Part shown: positions 1 through 9,985 of the stretch, in pieces
Position numbering within the stretch: position 1 is the first letter of the stretch
How the letters are laid out: each line of letters begins with the position of its first letter
Virus record (IMG/VR): IMGVR_UViG_3300025390_000008
DNA from: an uncultured virus (IMG/VR IMGVR_UViG_3300025390_000008)
Lineage: Duplodnaviria > Heunggongvirae > Uroviricota > Caudoviricetes
Length of the DNA stretch: 20,000 bases
Strand: one strand, 5' to 3'
Notes under the pieces: generated by a model
Seen by the model: only the letters and a program-made list of their open reading frames with translations
Database searches by the model: none
What the model was told of the DNA's origin: nothing
Program-made: the position numbers and the translations under genes

Positions 1-1437
1 CAGCAACAGGGCCAACAACAGGCTGCAAACCAAGCGCGTCAGACCCAAGCCGGTGCCTTTGGTGGTAGCCGTGCCGCCGTGGAAGATGCCCTGCAGAACC
101 AATCAAACCAGCTGGCCATGTCCAACCTGATTGGTCAAGGTTACAACACTGCCTACGGTCAGGCAGCTCAGCAGTTCAACGCCCAGCAACAGGCTAACCT
201 GCAAGCACAGCAAGCCAACCAACAAGCTGGTCTTACCGTGGGTCAGCAGAACCTTGGAGCTAACTTACAGACTCAGAATCTGGGCGCTACGTTGGGCCAG
301 CAAGCCGCTCTGGCAAACCAGTCAAACCAACAGCAAGCCAATTTGCAGAATCTGTCGGCTAACTTACAAACTCAAGGCTTACAGGCTCAGACTGGTTTAC
401 AGGCTCAGCAGTCAAATCAATCGGCCAACATGCAAGCTGGTCTGGCAAATCAACAGATGGGCTACAACACTGGTCTGCAGAATGCCCAGTTGGCTCAGCA
501 AGCTGCTTTGGCTAACCAGTCTTTGGCTGGTCAGTACGGTTTGCAAAATGCGTCTATGGCTCAGCAAACTGGCATCGCTAATCTGTCGAACCAACAGGCT
601 GCCAACTTGGCTAACCAGCAATACGCCAACCAATTTGGCTTGGCTAATCAGGCTGCACAAAATCAGTTCTCTCTGGCCAACCAAGCTCTGGCTGGTCAGT
701 ATGGTTTACAGCAAGGTCAGTTCAATCAAGCGGCCAACATGAACACCGCTGCCAACCAGCAGGCGGCTAACCTTGCCAATCAGCAAATGGGCTACAACGT
801 TGGCAATACCAACTTGCAGGCTTTGCTCGGCGTTCAGAGCTTGGGATCCGGTCAGAACATGCAATCGCAGTTGGCCAACCAAAGCACCAATTTGGCAACG
901 CAACAAGCACAGCAGGCGGCTAACCAGTTTGGCTATTCGCAACAAATGCAAAACGCTTTGAATGCTGCCAACTACGGTCAGCAAGCTAATGCGCTTAATG
1001 CCAACCAGCAGCAGTTTGGTGCCAACTATTACATGCAGGGTCAGCAAGCGGCCAATACGGCGGCAGCTAACTTGGGTAACTTGGGTAACACTCAGTATCA
1101 ACAGCAGACTGGTATTGCTAACTTGCAGAACCAGTTGGGCGCTCAACAGCAACAGTACCAACAAAACTTGGATACTGCTGCTTACCAAAACTACCTCAAC
1201 CAACAACAGTTGCCATATCAGCAGCTCAGCTTCTTGAACAGCATCATGAATGCTATGCCAACCAGTGGAAGCACTACCAGCATCTACTCCAATCCTTCGC
1301 CCATTTCTATTGCGGCTGGTTTGGGTACAGCGGCTATTGGTGCTAGTAAACTTGGCGGCAAGAAGGGCGGCGGCGTAGTAGAGGGCGGTATGCGTAAGGG
1401 CGGCTTGGCTGCACTGGCTGTTTCCAAATTGCACTAA
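1..1437 (+). CDS. Gln/Ala/Asn-rich internal virion (DNA ejection/pilot-type) protein, 5'-truncated by the window edge
   Basis: Frame is open from base 1 (QQQGQQQAANQARQTQAGAFGGSRAAVE...), so GTG79 is not the true start. AGAFGGSR motif, many Q-A-x-L-A-N-Q repeats, Gly-rich hydrophobic C-terminus and K-x-GG tail resemble podovirus ejection proteins. First of three large co-oriented genes. Confidence 0.7.
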   Translation, partial: QQQGQQQAANQARQTQAGAFGGSRAAVEDALQNQSNQLAMSNLIGQGYNTAYGQAAQQFNAQQQANLQAQQANQQAGLTVGQQNLGANLQTQNLGATLGQQAALANQSNQQQANLQNLSANLQTQGLQAQTGLQAQQSNQSANMQAGLANQQMGYNTGLQNAQLAQQAALANQSLAGQYGLQNASMAQQTGIANLSNQQAANLANQQYANQFGLANQAAQNQFSLANQALAGQYGLQQGQFNQAANMNTAANQQAANLANQQMGYNVGNTNLQALLGVQSLGSGQNMQSQLANQSTNLATQQAQQAANQFGYSQQMQNALNAANYGQQANALNANQQQFGANYYMQGQQAANTAAANLGNLGNTQYQQQTGIANLQNQLGAQQQQYQQNLDTAAYQNYLNQQQLPYQQLSFLNSIMNAMPTSGSTTSIYSNPSPISIAAGLGTAAIGASKLGGKKGGGVVEGGMRKGGLAALAVSKLH

Positions 1438-1446
1438 GGATTAAAC

Positions 1447-3285
1447 ATGGCGACTTCACCTAACGCGATGATGGGACAGGTGGCACCTGGTGCTCCGTCA
1501 AATTTATCTCCTTCTGTCATTGCTCAGCTGCAGCAGGAAATGATGGTTATGCCGCTGGACCAGCTTCAGCAGTATGCCCAACAACACATGGACGACCCCG
1601 TCTACGGTCCTACGGTTGTATCGATGGCGTCGTATGTCGCCAACATGAAGAAGTCTGCCCAGGCTCCTCAAGTTAACGCTACCCAGCCTACCGTGGCCCA
1701 ACAGGCCGTGCAAAACATTGCTCCTCAACAAGCGCCTCAAGGTATGCCCATGCAGGCTCCTCAGGCGCGCCCTACCCAAGGACCGGTAACGCCTGCCCTG
1801 CCGGAAGATCAGGGTATTGGTCAGCTGATGGCCAAGAACATTGAGAACATGGCTGGCGGCGGTATTGTTGGTTATGCGGGCGGTGGTCATGTTCCAAGCT
1901 ATGCCGGAAGCACTGACGGTAGTTTGGTAACAGGGACGAGTACTGGAGATATCAACTCTCGGTTCTCCAACTTGGCCTCGCAGGTAAATCAAGCTCAGAA
2001 TCAATTGGCGGGCGCTTATGCCTCTGGCGATCCTCAGTCCATATCCCTGTATCAATCTCGTCTAGCAGATCTGAAATCTCAACTGAATAATCAGGCTGGT
2101 AATCAGGCGGACCTATTGCTTAGGCAGAATCCTCAACCAATGGGTGCAGCCATTCCTACTACGGCTCCTGCAACGGCGGCGGCTATGGCGGCTCCTCCTG
2201 GTGAAGCTAGTAATGCGTCGCCTACTACGCCTGCGCCAGCCCCTGCTGCTGCACCGGCAACACCCGGAGCAACTGGTAATATTACCAGCGGCAACTCAGC
2301 AATGAGTCAAGGTTTGGGATCGTTTGTATCGCCCACCGGTAAGATGATTGCAGATGCCAAGAAAGCCTTGGGTGATGATGCTAATATGACTTTGAAAGAT
2401 CACGTTGCTCAGGCCCAAGGTATGCTGCCTCAGGTATATAGCTCTGATGATGCTGATCTTGAGATCCAAGCACAGAAGTTTAGAGATGCTGTGGGCGGTG
2501 ATCCTGCATTCAAGAAAGACCTTGACCGACTGGATAAGTTGGATAGCAAGTTGGAAAAGAACAAGCAAGATTCTGTTGGAATCAATACCTTGTTGGCTGG
2601 CTTGAGCATGATCAGGTCTGGTAATCCTTGGGAGGCTATTGCACAAGGTGCGGGCACTGGTCTCAAGAGTTACAAAGATGATATGGACAAGATTGACAAA
2701 GCCCAAGAAGAGCATGAAAAGATGCGTCAGAACTTGGATGTTGCGGCTATGGCTAACAACATGGGCTTTACCCGTATGGCTGCTGACAGCGTTAAGGAAG
2801 CCAAGTCGGCTCAGGTTCGCTCGGCTGAAGCTGCTTTGAGTGCGGGCTCTCATGCTTTTGATGCTGAGCAGCAACGCATGACTACTTTGGCAGGCGAAAA
2901 TATTCGCGGTCAGTATGGTCTGCAGCAAGCGGCAATTGGTGCTAATGCTCCGTCTCAAGAAATCAAAACCTTGTCGGCATTCGCAAGCAATCCGCAGTTG
3001 GCTGAGCAATACAAAAACTCGCCTCAGTATCAGGCCCAGTTGCGGAATGATATTGTGAGCGCCATGAATACTGCACAAAAGACGCTTGGTGATTTGACTG
3101 CCAGCGAAGATGACCGCGCAGAGGCTCGCAAGAAGATTGTTGGCTACCAGAACCAGCTTCAAGCAATGTTCAATCAAAATGCACCATTACCGGCTGGCCT
3201 GCCGACTGGCGCAAAGTTTGTGGGCACCAGCGGTGGCAAGCGCGTATATGAATTGCCAAACGGTAAGCAAGTGGTTGAACAATAA
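1447..3285 (+). CDS. Putative internal virion/ejection protein (612 aa)
   Basis: RBS AAGGA before ATG1447; MAGGGIVGYAGGG motifs; Pro/Ala linker and helical/coiled-coil C-half; lies between the pilot-like and giant virion genes. Confidence 0.65.
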   Translation: MATSPNAMMGQVAPGAPSNLSPSVIAQLQQEMMVMPLDQLQQYAQQHMDDPVYGPTVVSMASYVANMKKSAQAPQVNATQPTVAQQAVQNIAPQQAPQGMPMQAPQARPTQGPVTPALPEDQGIGQLMAKNIENMAGGGIVGYAGGGHVPSYAGSTDGSLVTGTSTGDINSRFSNLASQVNQAQNQLAGAYASGDPQSISLYQSRLADLKSQLNNQAGNQADLLLRQNPQPMGAAIPTTAPATAAAMAAPPGEASNASPTTPAPAPAAAPATPGATGNITSGNSAMSQGLGSFVSPTGKMIADAKKALGDDANMTLKDHVAQAQGMLPQVYSSDDADLEIQAQKFRDAVGGDPAFKKDLDRLDKLDSKLEKNKQDSVGINTLLAGLSMIRSGNPWEAIAQGAGTGLKSYKDDMDKIDKAQEEHEKMRQNLDVAAMANNMGFTRMAADSVKEAKSAQVRSAEAALSAGSHAFDAEQQRMTTLAGENIRGQYGLQQAAIGANAPSQEIKTLSAFASNPQLAEQYKNSPQYQAQLRNDIVSAMNTAQKTLGDLTASEDDRAEARKKIVGYQNQLQAMFNQNAPLPAGLPTGAKFVGTSGGKRVYELPNGKQVVEQ

Positions 3286-3296
3286 AAGGATCGGTC

Positions 3297-6200
3297 ATGC
3301 CGTTTCAAGAATTTACGGGGCAGTTGGATGCGCCTTCGATGGCCCCCAAGTGGCAAGAGTTCAATGGAACCCTTGACGATTTAACTCCCAAGGCCGTCCC
3401 CAAACCGGAGGCTCCTAAGCCACAGGCTGGTTTGATGAGCGAGCTGGAGCGCGGCGGTCATGAGATCTACTCTAATCTCCGCACGGCGCTCACTGCCCCG
3501 TTCGTTGGCTCTGATGTAGCCGCTCGGGCCGGTGCAGAGCGTGCAGAGGAATACAACAAGACTGCCGCTCCCTCGGTGGATGTGCTGGGCGATATCCAGA
3601 AAGCGTACCAAGAGAAGGGCATCCTAAGCTCTATTGGCGCTGGCTTAAAAGACCTGCCTGCTTTGGTGGGCCAGGTTGCTCCTACGGTGGCTGAGTATGG
3701 TGCTGCTGAAGCGCTGCTGCCCGTGGTTGGTCCTGCTGCTTTGTTCTTGGCTCAGCACTACGGTCAAAACGTCGCCCAGACTGCGGCCACTCAGATGGCT
3801 CAAGGTCGTGATGTGGATGTGGATTCCCTGAAGGCGCTGGGTTATGCCGTGCCTCAGGCCGCTCTGGACGTGGCACATATTTCCATTCCTCTTGGTAAGC
3901 AAGTCATCGGCAAGATCTTTGGCAGAGGCGTAGAGGAAGCTGTTGAGAAGGGTGCGATGAGCGAGGCTGAGAAGCTGGCTCAAGAGCAGCTGGCCAAGAA
4001 GAGCTTTGGCGAATCCATTCAAGACGGCCTCAAGACTGGTTTGGTCAGCGGCGTGCCCATCATGGTAGCGCAGACAGCCTTGGAACGCGCATACAACGGC
4101 GATAAGCTGTTCGACGATGATGCCCTACACCAATACGGTAGCGCTGCTTTAAGTGGCGCTCTGATGGCTCCTATGGGCGTGCTCGGTGCTTTGTCCGAGA
4201 AGAGCCAAGCTGCCAAGGCTGTAGGCGAGCGTGATTCCGCTGCCGCCAAAGCTGCTGCTGAGGCCGCTGAAGCTGAGGCAAACAAGCCTGAGAATCTGCT
4301 CAAACTGCACGAAGATTTCCAGAATGCCAAGGCGGAGCAGGCTGATCTGCGTAACCAGATTCCAAGCAAGCCTAAGAAGGATGCGCCCGAGGAAGAGGTC
4401 CAGGCTTACAACGATGCCAAGACTGCTGCCGATCAGCATTTGAACGACGTTCTCAAGCCGTTGAAGTTGGAATTTGACCAGCGCAAAGATGCCATCATGC
4501 CGGTGGTATTGGCCGACCAAACGGCCAAGATCAATGCTGCGGCTCAAGCCCAGTCGGCTATGGAGACGGCTATCCCTCAAGAGACGGCTGCTGCTCCTAT
4601 TAACAATGCCCCTCCGATTACACGCGCTACCTTGCCCGGTCGGGACATGGCCGCTCAGCTCACTGGTAACGTTGGCTTCAATCAGAACCTGTTGCAGGCT
4701 GGCCGTGAAGGCGCAGAACAGCGTGATGTTGCCACCCAGAATGCCATGCGCGTTGCTGCTGATAAACGTGCCAACCAGATCCTGAGCACGACGTTCAGCA
4801 ACGACCCTGCCATGAATATCATGAAGCAGACCTCGGCCCTGAAACAGATGGGCTATGAGGCCGTGCCGGACAAGAAGGGTAACCTGGTAGCCAAGCCTAT
4901 CGCTGAGCCCGCACCAGTTGAGGCGCCAGCACCAACTGCTCCGCTGCAAGCCAACCCTGAGACCATGCGTGCAAACTTGGAAGCACCTGCTGGCCAAGCC
5001 AATGCCGCCTTCATGCAAGCTGCCAGAGAGGCGCGTGAGGCTACTGCCAAACGTGATGCTGCCGCTCAGAAGGCGCAGGAGCAGGCTAAGCAAGCTCAGG
5101 CTAACCAAGTCCTGTCCACCACGTTTAGTCCCGATCCATCTATCAATGCGCTGCGTCAGAACGCCGCCTTGAAACAGTTGGGTTATGAGTCTGTGCTGGA
5201 TAAAAACGGCAAGCAAGTTGCTCGTCCAGTGGTAACGTTACCACCTGAGCTCGCTCCTGAGCCCGCACCAGCCCCTGCTCCGTCGCCCGTTGGTAATGCT
5301 GACGCCTTGCGCGCACGTCTGGCCACTGCTGGTAACGAAGCCAACCAGAATATGCTGCAGGCTGCCCGCGATCGACTGGCCGCCCTTGAGAAACAGAAGG
5401 CTGCCGACACTACCGCCCAAGCTCAGAACATTGTCAAGAGCACGATGAGCGCTGATCCGGCGATCGATATTGCCCGTAAGAAGAGCGCCCTGGCTGAGAT
5501 TGGCCATGAGTTGGTTCAAGATCCGAAGACCGGCGAGATTACAGCGCAACCCATCAAGGAAGCTGCTCCCGAGATGTCAGACGTTCGTAAGAATGTTTTG
5601 AGCCGTCAGTACGACGAAGAGTTCAAGAGCCTTTTCCCTGATCATGAGCCTGAGCATTTGGAACAGTTCCGCTCCATGCCTGCTGAGTCCAAGGATGCCT
5701 TCTTGCAGTTATTCTCTGATGCCAAAGAGCGTCAGACCATAGAGAATCCTTCGTTTGACGAGTTGGCATCTAAGCAGACTAAACCTGTCGCTGGGCCAAA
5801 GAACGTTCCCGAGAATCCTGATGTTGTTGAATCATCCAAAGAAAGCAAACAGCTGACTGCCGATATCAACAAGCTGAAGAACAGCAAAGACAACTTAAAG
5901 AACGCGCTGAAGGGTTCGTTGAATGCCAATGACGCTACCGATGTAAGCCCTGAGAAAGATTTCCTGCGTTACTTTGCCAGCAAAGACGGTCGAGGCCGGT
6001 CTATTTCCGAATTGGTTTCAGACAAAACGTTGGATCGTTTCTTGCCAGAAAATATGCGCCCAGGCTCTGATGACTTTGACGCTCAGGTCTCGGAGGAGTA
6101 CATCAAGCAAAAGCTGCGTGATGAGGACTACGCAACCCCTGAGGATGCACAAGAGATCAGCAGGTTGAGCGATCAGAAGTGGGAGCTGGAAAGCTATCTC

Positions 6201-9200
6201 GAAGAGCAAGAGCGTGCCAAGAAGGCCAACGAATCTGTAGCTGGAATTTCTACCGAAGTAACGCCTGAGGGTTTACCCGTACGTACAGATAATCTGTACC
6301 GTGTGCAGGGCGAGGCCAAGGGCGTGCCGGTTAACTTGGTACAAAGACTGGTTAACCAGATCAGAGAAGGCTGGGCGAATGCCCCTGAGATACAAGTTCA
6401 CGCCGATGAATCTACTTTGCCTGATCACATTCGTGCCCAAGCTGAGCGCGATAAGGTGACTGGCCAGATCCCTGGTGTCTACGATCCCAACTCCAAGATT
6501 GTTCACATCGTCAGCAGTAACTTGGCAGATGTTAAAGATCTGTTTGCCACTGTGGCCCACGAAGCAGCAGGCCACTTTGGTTTGCGCGAGATGCTGGGTG
6601 ACCAGTATGGCCGCACGATGGACAAGATCTACGAAGGCAACAAGGCCGTTCGTGAAGCTGCTGATGAGAAGCTGAAGGGCTCTAACCTGTCGCGTCAGGT
6701 GGCCACAGAAGAAGTCTTGGCGGAAATGGCTGAGAGCGAGAAGACCTCGACACCGGCTGAGCGCAGTGCCCTGAAGCAGATCTATGACACCATTCGTCGC
6801 TGGGTCTACGACAAGTTTGGTATTGGCGGGATGACCGACAATGACGTTAAGCAGATCGTTGCTAATGCCCGCAAGTTTGTGGTCGAGGGCGGTGAGAAGG
6901 GCGCTGGTAATATTACCAGTGAAGCCGTTTACCGTACCAAGTACAACCCTGGCTTCGAGAAGGCTGCTGACCTGACCAAGAAAGTCTTGTCGTCTGAGCG
7001 CCCATTCATGGAGCAGTTTAATAAGACTGCCTTTGGCCGTGCGTCGCTTGGCTGGATCCAGAAAGTCCAAGATCAATACCGTCCTTTCCTGAAGCTTACG
7101 CAACTCAAGGATGCCAATGGCCAACGGTTGATCGGCGACTCGGCTGGTAACCAGATGATGTCTGACCTGCGGTTCTATCAGCAGCGTCTGAACTTCTTGG
7201 GTGCCGTCATCCAGAACGGTGCCTTGACATTCAAGAAAGGCGTCGTGGATGGCGCTAAGCGTTCGCTCTACGAGACCGATGGCAAGGAAAGCCTGAAGCA
7301 GGTCTTTACTGAATTGCGCCCTGCAGACAAGATTACCGGCAGCCGTGAAGCTACCAATGCCTTGTATTCGCTGTGGGCTATTGCCGAGCGGGTGCGTAAG
7401 GGCGGCGCTACGCTGGAGCAGTTGAACTTTGACCCGAACATCGTCAATGCCAAGTCGCTCAAGGCGGCGATGGATGAGATTAAACAGCATCCTGAGCTGA
7501 TCAAGACGTTCGAGAGGGCCAACGAAACCTATCAGAATTTCAACTCCAACATGATGAAGTTCGCGGTGGATGCTGGTGCTATTCCCAAGGCTACTGCCGA
7601 CAAGCTGTTGTCGCGTCGGGACTACGTTCCTTACTACCGCGAAGAGCCTGATGGAACTATTTCCATGATGTCCAATGGTGAGTCGATCTTTAAGGTTGGC
7701 AACATCAAGACCCAGCCTGAGTTGAAAGCTCTGATTGGCGGCGACCAGCGGATCTTGGACTTTGCTGAGAGCTCTGTGCGTAATGCCAACATGCTGCTAA
7801 GCATGGGTATGCGTAACCAGGCGGTTAAGAATTCTATGTTTGAGCTGCAGAAGATCGGCTTAGTCGATATCCGCGACAAGGCTCCGAAGAACATGGAAAA
7901 GGCCGTGGAGTTCAAAGTCCAAGGCAAGAGCAAGTATGCCGTCTTTGACGACGCCGCTACTGAGAAGCTGAACATTCCTACCCAGTTATTCATCAAGGGC
8001 TTGGAAGGTGTTCCAACACAGATGAGCACATGGCTCAAGGTGATGAGCATTCCCAGTACCGTCCTGAAAGAAATGTTCGTTGCCAACCCCATCTCGGCAG
8101 CGCGTATCGTTTTCAAGGATACGATGTCTTCTGCCCTGGTGGCGGGCTCTGACTTTGGCAAGATCGTTGATTCCTTGCAGAGCGTTAAAGACGGTTTGAT
8201 GGTCAAGCGTGGCCTGTCGGGCGGTCAGTTGTTCACTGGCCAACCAGAAGAGATTGCCCGTGTGCTGCGTCAGGCTCAAGCCGGTGGTGTTAACGCTTCC
8301 AGCGCCTTGGCTATGGCCCATGCCTTGCACGCTCAAGCCGATGCTGCGACCCGCCAGATTCGCTATGACAGCTACCTGCATCAAGGTCTGAATGAGTTTG
8401 ACGCCAACCTGATGGCGCTGGAGTCGATGAACTTTACCAAGCGTGGTTTGTCTCCCAGCATCCATATCTTGAATGCGCTGAACCCGTTCATTAACTCTCA
8501 GATCCAAGGCGTCAATACGTTGATCGCAGCCATTCGTGGCGAGATGCCTATGCAAGAGCAGCTGCGTATTAAGCAGAAGATCCTTGCTCGCGGTGCGATG
8601 ATTGCTGGCGCGACAATGCTTTACTCTGCGCTTATGCAGGACAACAAGCACTACCGTGACGCCATGCCGGACCAGAAGTATTCCAACTGGTACATGCCCT
8701 TCCCAGGCTTGGAAGAGCCGGTAAAGATTCCAATTCCGTTTGAAGCCGGTATGCTGTTCAAGTCGGTGCCTGAGGCGATGGTCGAGCTGTTCATGAAGCA
8801 CGACAAGTCGGCGATCGACGGCCTGAAGATGACGGCCATGCGGATGATCCCCGGCCTTGAGACTTCTGCTGTGGCTCAAGCTGTTCGCCCTGGCTTGGAG
8901 GCTTACACCAATACATCCTTGCAGACTGGTGAGACGATCCAGAGCGAACGTGAGTTGAAGATGCTTCCCGGCGAACGTATCCGTCCTGGCACTTCTGGCA
9001 TTGCTCAGGAGATTGGTGGCGCTTTGAATCTGTCACCCGTCATGATCGATCACGTCATTGGTGGATACACCAGCTCGATGGGCATGGCTCTGATGCACAT
9101 TACTGATGGCATCGTTGGCTCCAAGATGCAGGGCGCTCCGGTGGCCAGCGACTTGTCTCAGACGCCTGTGATTGGTTCGCTGTTCGCTCGGGACGGCGGG

Positions 9201-9503
9201 GCTATTTTGCAGGAAGCTATGGGCAAGTTCCATGACTTGGAAGAAGTGAAGAACACTTTCACGTCTTTGAAGAATGCTGGCCAGACTGATCGGGCGATGG
9301 CTTTCTTGCGTCAACACCAAGAAGAGTATGCCAAGGCTGCGATGGCCACGTCTGCCCAGAAGCAGATTGGTCAGTTCACCAAGCAGATTGAAATGGTTGT
9401 GGCCAACAAAGACATGACCGGAGAAGAGAAGAAGCGACGCATAGACCAGATTAAGGAACAGCGCCGCGACTTTGCTGAAAAGATGTTGGCTCGGGTGAGC
9501 TAA
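3297..9503 (+). CDS. Large polyvalent virion/ejection protein (2068 aa) with zincin-like metallopeptidase (MPTase-PolyVal-like) domain and LPD38-like C-terminal region
   Basis: RBS AAGGA upstream. HEAAGHFGL at 6558-6584 followed by EEVLAEMAE. C-terminal PFINSQIQG and KIPIPFEAGMLFKSVPE resemble LPD38. Domain names recognised from memory, not searched. Confidence 0.75.
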   Translation: MPFQEFTGQLDAPSMAPKWQEFNGTLDDLTPKAVPKPEAPKPQAGLMSELERGGHEIYSNLRTALTAPFVGSDVAARAGAERAEEYNKTAAPSVDVLGDIQKAYQEKGILSSIGAGLKDLPALVGQVAPTVAEYGAAEALLPVVGPAALFLAQHYGQNVAQTAATQMAQGRDVDVDSLKALGYAVPQAALDVAHISIPLGKQVIGKIFGRGVEEAVEKGAMSEAEKLAQEQLAKKSFGESIQDGLKTGLVSGVPIMVAQTALERAYNGDKLFDDDALHQYGSAALSGALMAPMGVLGALSEKSQAAKAVGERDSAAAKAAAEAAEAEANKPENLLKLHEDFQNAKAEQADLRNQIPSKPKKDAPEEEVQAYNDAKTAADQHLNDVLKPLKLEFDQRKDAIMPVVLADQTAKINAAAQAQSAMETAIPQETAAAPINNAPPITRATLPGRDMAAQLTGNVGFNQNLLQAGREGAEQRDVATQNAMRVAADKRANQILSTTFSNDPAMNIMKQTSALKQMGYEAVPDKKGNLVAKPIAEPAPVEAPAPTAPLQANPETMRANLEAPAGQANAAFMQAAREAREATAKRDAAAQKAQEQAKQAQANQVLSTTFSPDPSINALRQNAALKQLGYESVLDKNGKQVARPVVTLPPELAPEPAPAPAPSPVGNADALRARLATAGNEANQNMLQAARDRLAALEKQKAADTTAQAQNIVKSTMSADPAIDIARKKSALAEIGHELVQDPKTGEITAQPIKEAAPEMSDVRKNVLSRQYDEEFKSLFPDHEPEHLEQFRSMPAESKDAFLQLFSDAKERQTIENPSFDELASKQTKPVAGPKNVPENPDVVESSKESKQLTADINKLKNSKDNLKNALKGSLNANDATDVSPEKDFLRYFASKDGRGRSISELVSDKTLDRFLPENMRPGSDDFDAQVSEEYIKQKLRDEDYATPEDAQEISRLSDQKWELESYLEEQERAKKANESVAGISTEVTPEGLPVRTDNLYRVQGEAKGVPVNLVQRLVNQIREGWANAPEIQVHADESTLPDHIRAQAERDKVTGQIPGVYDPNSKIVHIVSSNLADVKDLFATVAHEAAGHFGLREMLGDQYGRTMDKIYEGNKAVREAADEKLKGSNLSRQVATEEVLAEMAESEKTSTPAERSALKQIYDTIRRWVYDKFGIGGMTDNDVKQIVANARKFVVEGGEKGAGNITSEAVYRTKYNPGFEKAADLTKKVLSSERPFMEQFNKTAFGRASLGWIQKVQDQYRPFLKLTQLKDANGQRLIGDSAGNQMMSDLRFYQQRLNFLGAVIQNGALTFKKGVVDGAKRSLYETDGKESLKQVFTELRPADKITGSREATNALYSLWAIAERVRKGGATLEQLNFDPNIVNAKSLKAAMDEIKQHPELIKTFERANETYQNFNSNMMKFAVDAGAIPKATADKLLSRRDYVPYYREEPDGTISMMSNGESIFKVGNIKTQPELKALIGGDQRILDFAESSVRNANMLLSMGMRNQAVKNSMFELQKIGLVDIRDKAPKNMEKAVEFKVQGKSKYAVFDDAATEKLNIPTQLFIKGLEGVPTQMSTWLKVMSIPSTVLKEMFVANPISAARIVFKDTMSSALVAGSDFGKIVDSLQSVKDGLMVKRGLSGGQLFTGQPEEIARVLRQAQAGGVNASSALAMAHALHAQADAATRQIRYDSYLHQGLNEFDANLMALESMNFTKRGLSPSIHILNALNPFINSQIQGVNTLIAAIRGEMPMQEQLRIKQKILARGAMIAGATMLYSALMQDNKHYRDAMPDQKYSNWYMPFPGLEEPVKIPIPFEAGMLFKSVPEAMVELFMKHDKSAIDGLKMTAMRMIPGLETSAVAQAVRPGLEAYTNTSLQTGETIQSERELKMLPGERIRPGTSGIAQEIGGALNLSPVMIDHVIGGYTSSMGMALMHITDGIVGSKMQGAPVASDLSQTPVIGSLFARDGGAILQEAMGKFHDLEEVKNTFTSLKNAGQTDRAMAFLRQHQEEYAKAAMATSAQKQIGQFTKQIEMVVANKDMTGEEKKRRIDQIKEQRRDFAEKMLARVS
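4648..5570 (+). repeat. Three diverged ~90-100-aa tandem protein repeats within the 2068-aa protein
   Basis: LQAGRE..ANQILSTTFSNDP..SALKQMGYE..DKKG..AKP / MQAARE..ANQVLSTTFSPDP..AALKQLGYE..DKNG..ARP / LQAARD..AQNIVKSTMSADP..SALAEIGHE..DPKTG..AQP, separated by PAPAP-type linkers; boundaries approximate. Confidence 0.85.
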
Positions 9504-9512
9504 CTGGAATTA

Positions 9513-9794
9513 TTACCACTCAGCGGATTCTGGATAGTTTTCCATGAGCCGCTGGATGGTAACGTTTAGGGCGTCGAGCTCATCCATTTTGGCGATGATC
9601 CATGCCCGCTTCTCGCCGTGGATACCCATCTTAGGTCCTTGGTGGCAGTCGTAACAGAGGGCGATGCACGTGTACTGACTGCGCTGCCGGAAGTGGTGGG
9701 CGGCGCTGGGTCCAGGTGCATTGCATACTGAGCACGGGAGAAGCTTCACCCTTTTGAGATGACGCCTCTCCTTTGCGCTTAGCTTGTTATTCAC
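9513..9794 (-). CDS. Ref/DUF968-like Zn-binding HNH-fold nuclease
   Basis: PCSVC...AHH...ALCYDCH..G..GIHG pattern; last gene of the leftward operon. Confidence 0.7.
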   Translation of the reverse strand: MNNKLSAKERRHLKRVKLLPCSVCNAPGPSAAHHFRQRSQYTCIALCYDCHQGPKMGIHGEKRAWIIAKMDELDALNVTIQRLMENYPESAEW

Positions 9795-9985
9795 TTAATC
9801 CGTTCCTCAAGGCACGCTCTGGCCGTCTCATAGGCGCGGATAGCTTTCCCTTTTGAGGTGTAGCTATCGTCGTAGCCCATGAGGGCGAACGCTGCGAAGA
9901 AGTCCAGCAGTGTCATTTCCTCGATGCTGGGGACCGGCGGTGGTGCCGCCAGTGCCTCAAGGCCTTCAAGCTTTGGCTTGCTCAT
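9791..9985 (-). CDS. Small phage hypothetical protein
   Basis: Overlaps both neighbours; MTLLDFFAAFAL resembles the common phage MTLRDYFAAxA motif. Confidence 0.65.
   Translation of the reverse strand: MSKPKLEGLEALAAPPPVPSIEEMTLLDFFAAFALMGYDDSYTSKGKAIRAYETARACLEERIK

Noticed and set aside
4663..4677. Further copies of the dispersed palindrome (CTGGTAACGTTGGCT; also about 9557 and 11222)
   Set aside because: Only a half-site plus centre match, with three or more mismatches; compatible with chance.
131..9320. Long antisense and alternative-frame ORFs (e.g. 706-1434, 2296-3177, 4149-5216, 6273-7490, 7986-8879)
   Set aside because: Shadows of the codon-biased plus-strand virion genes; no recognisable motifs.
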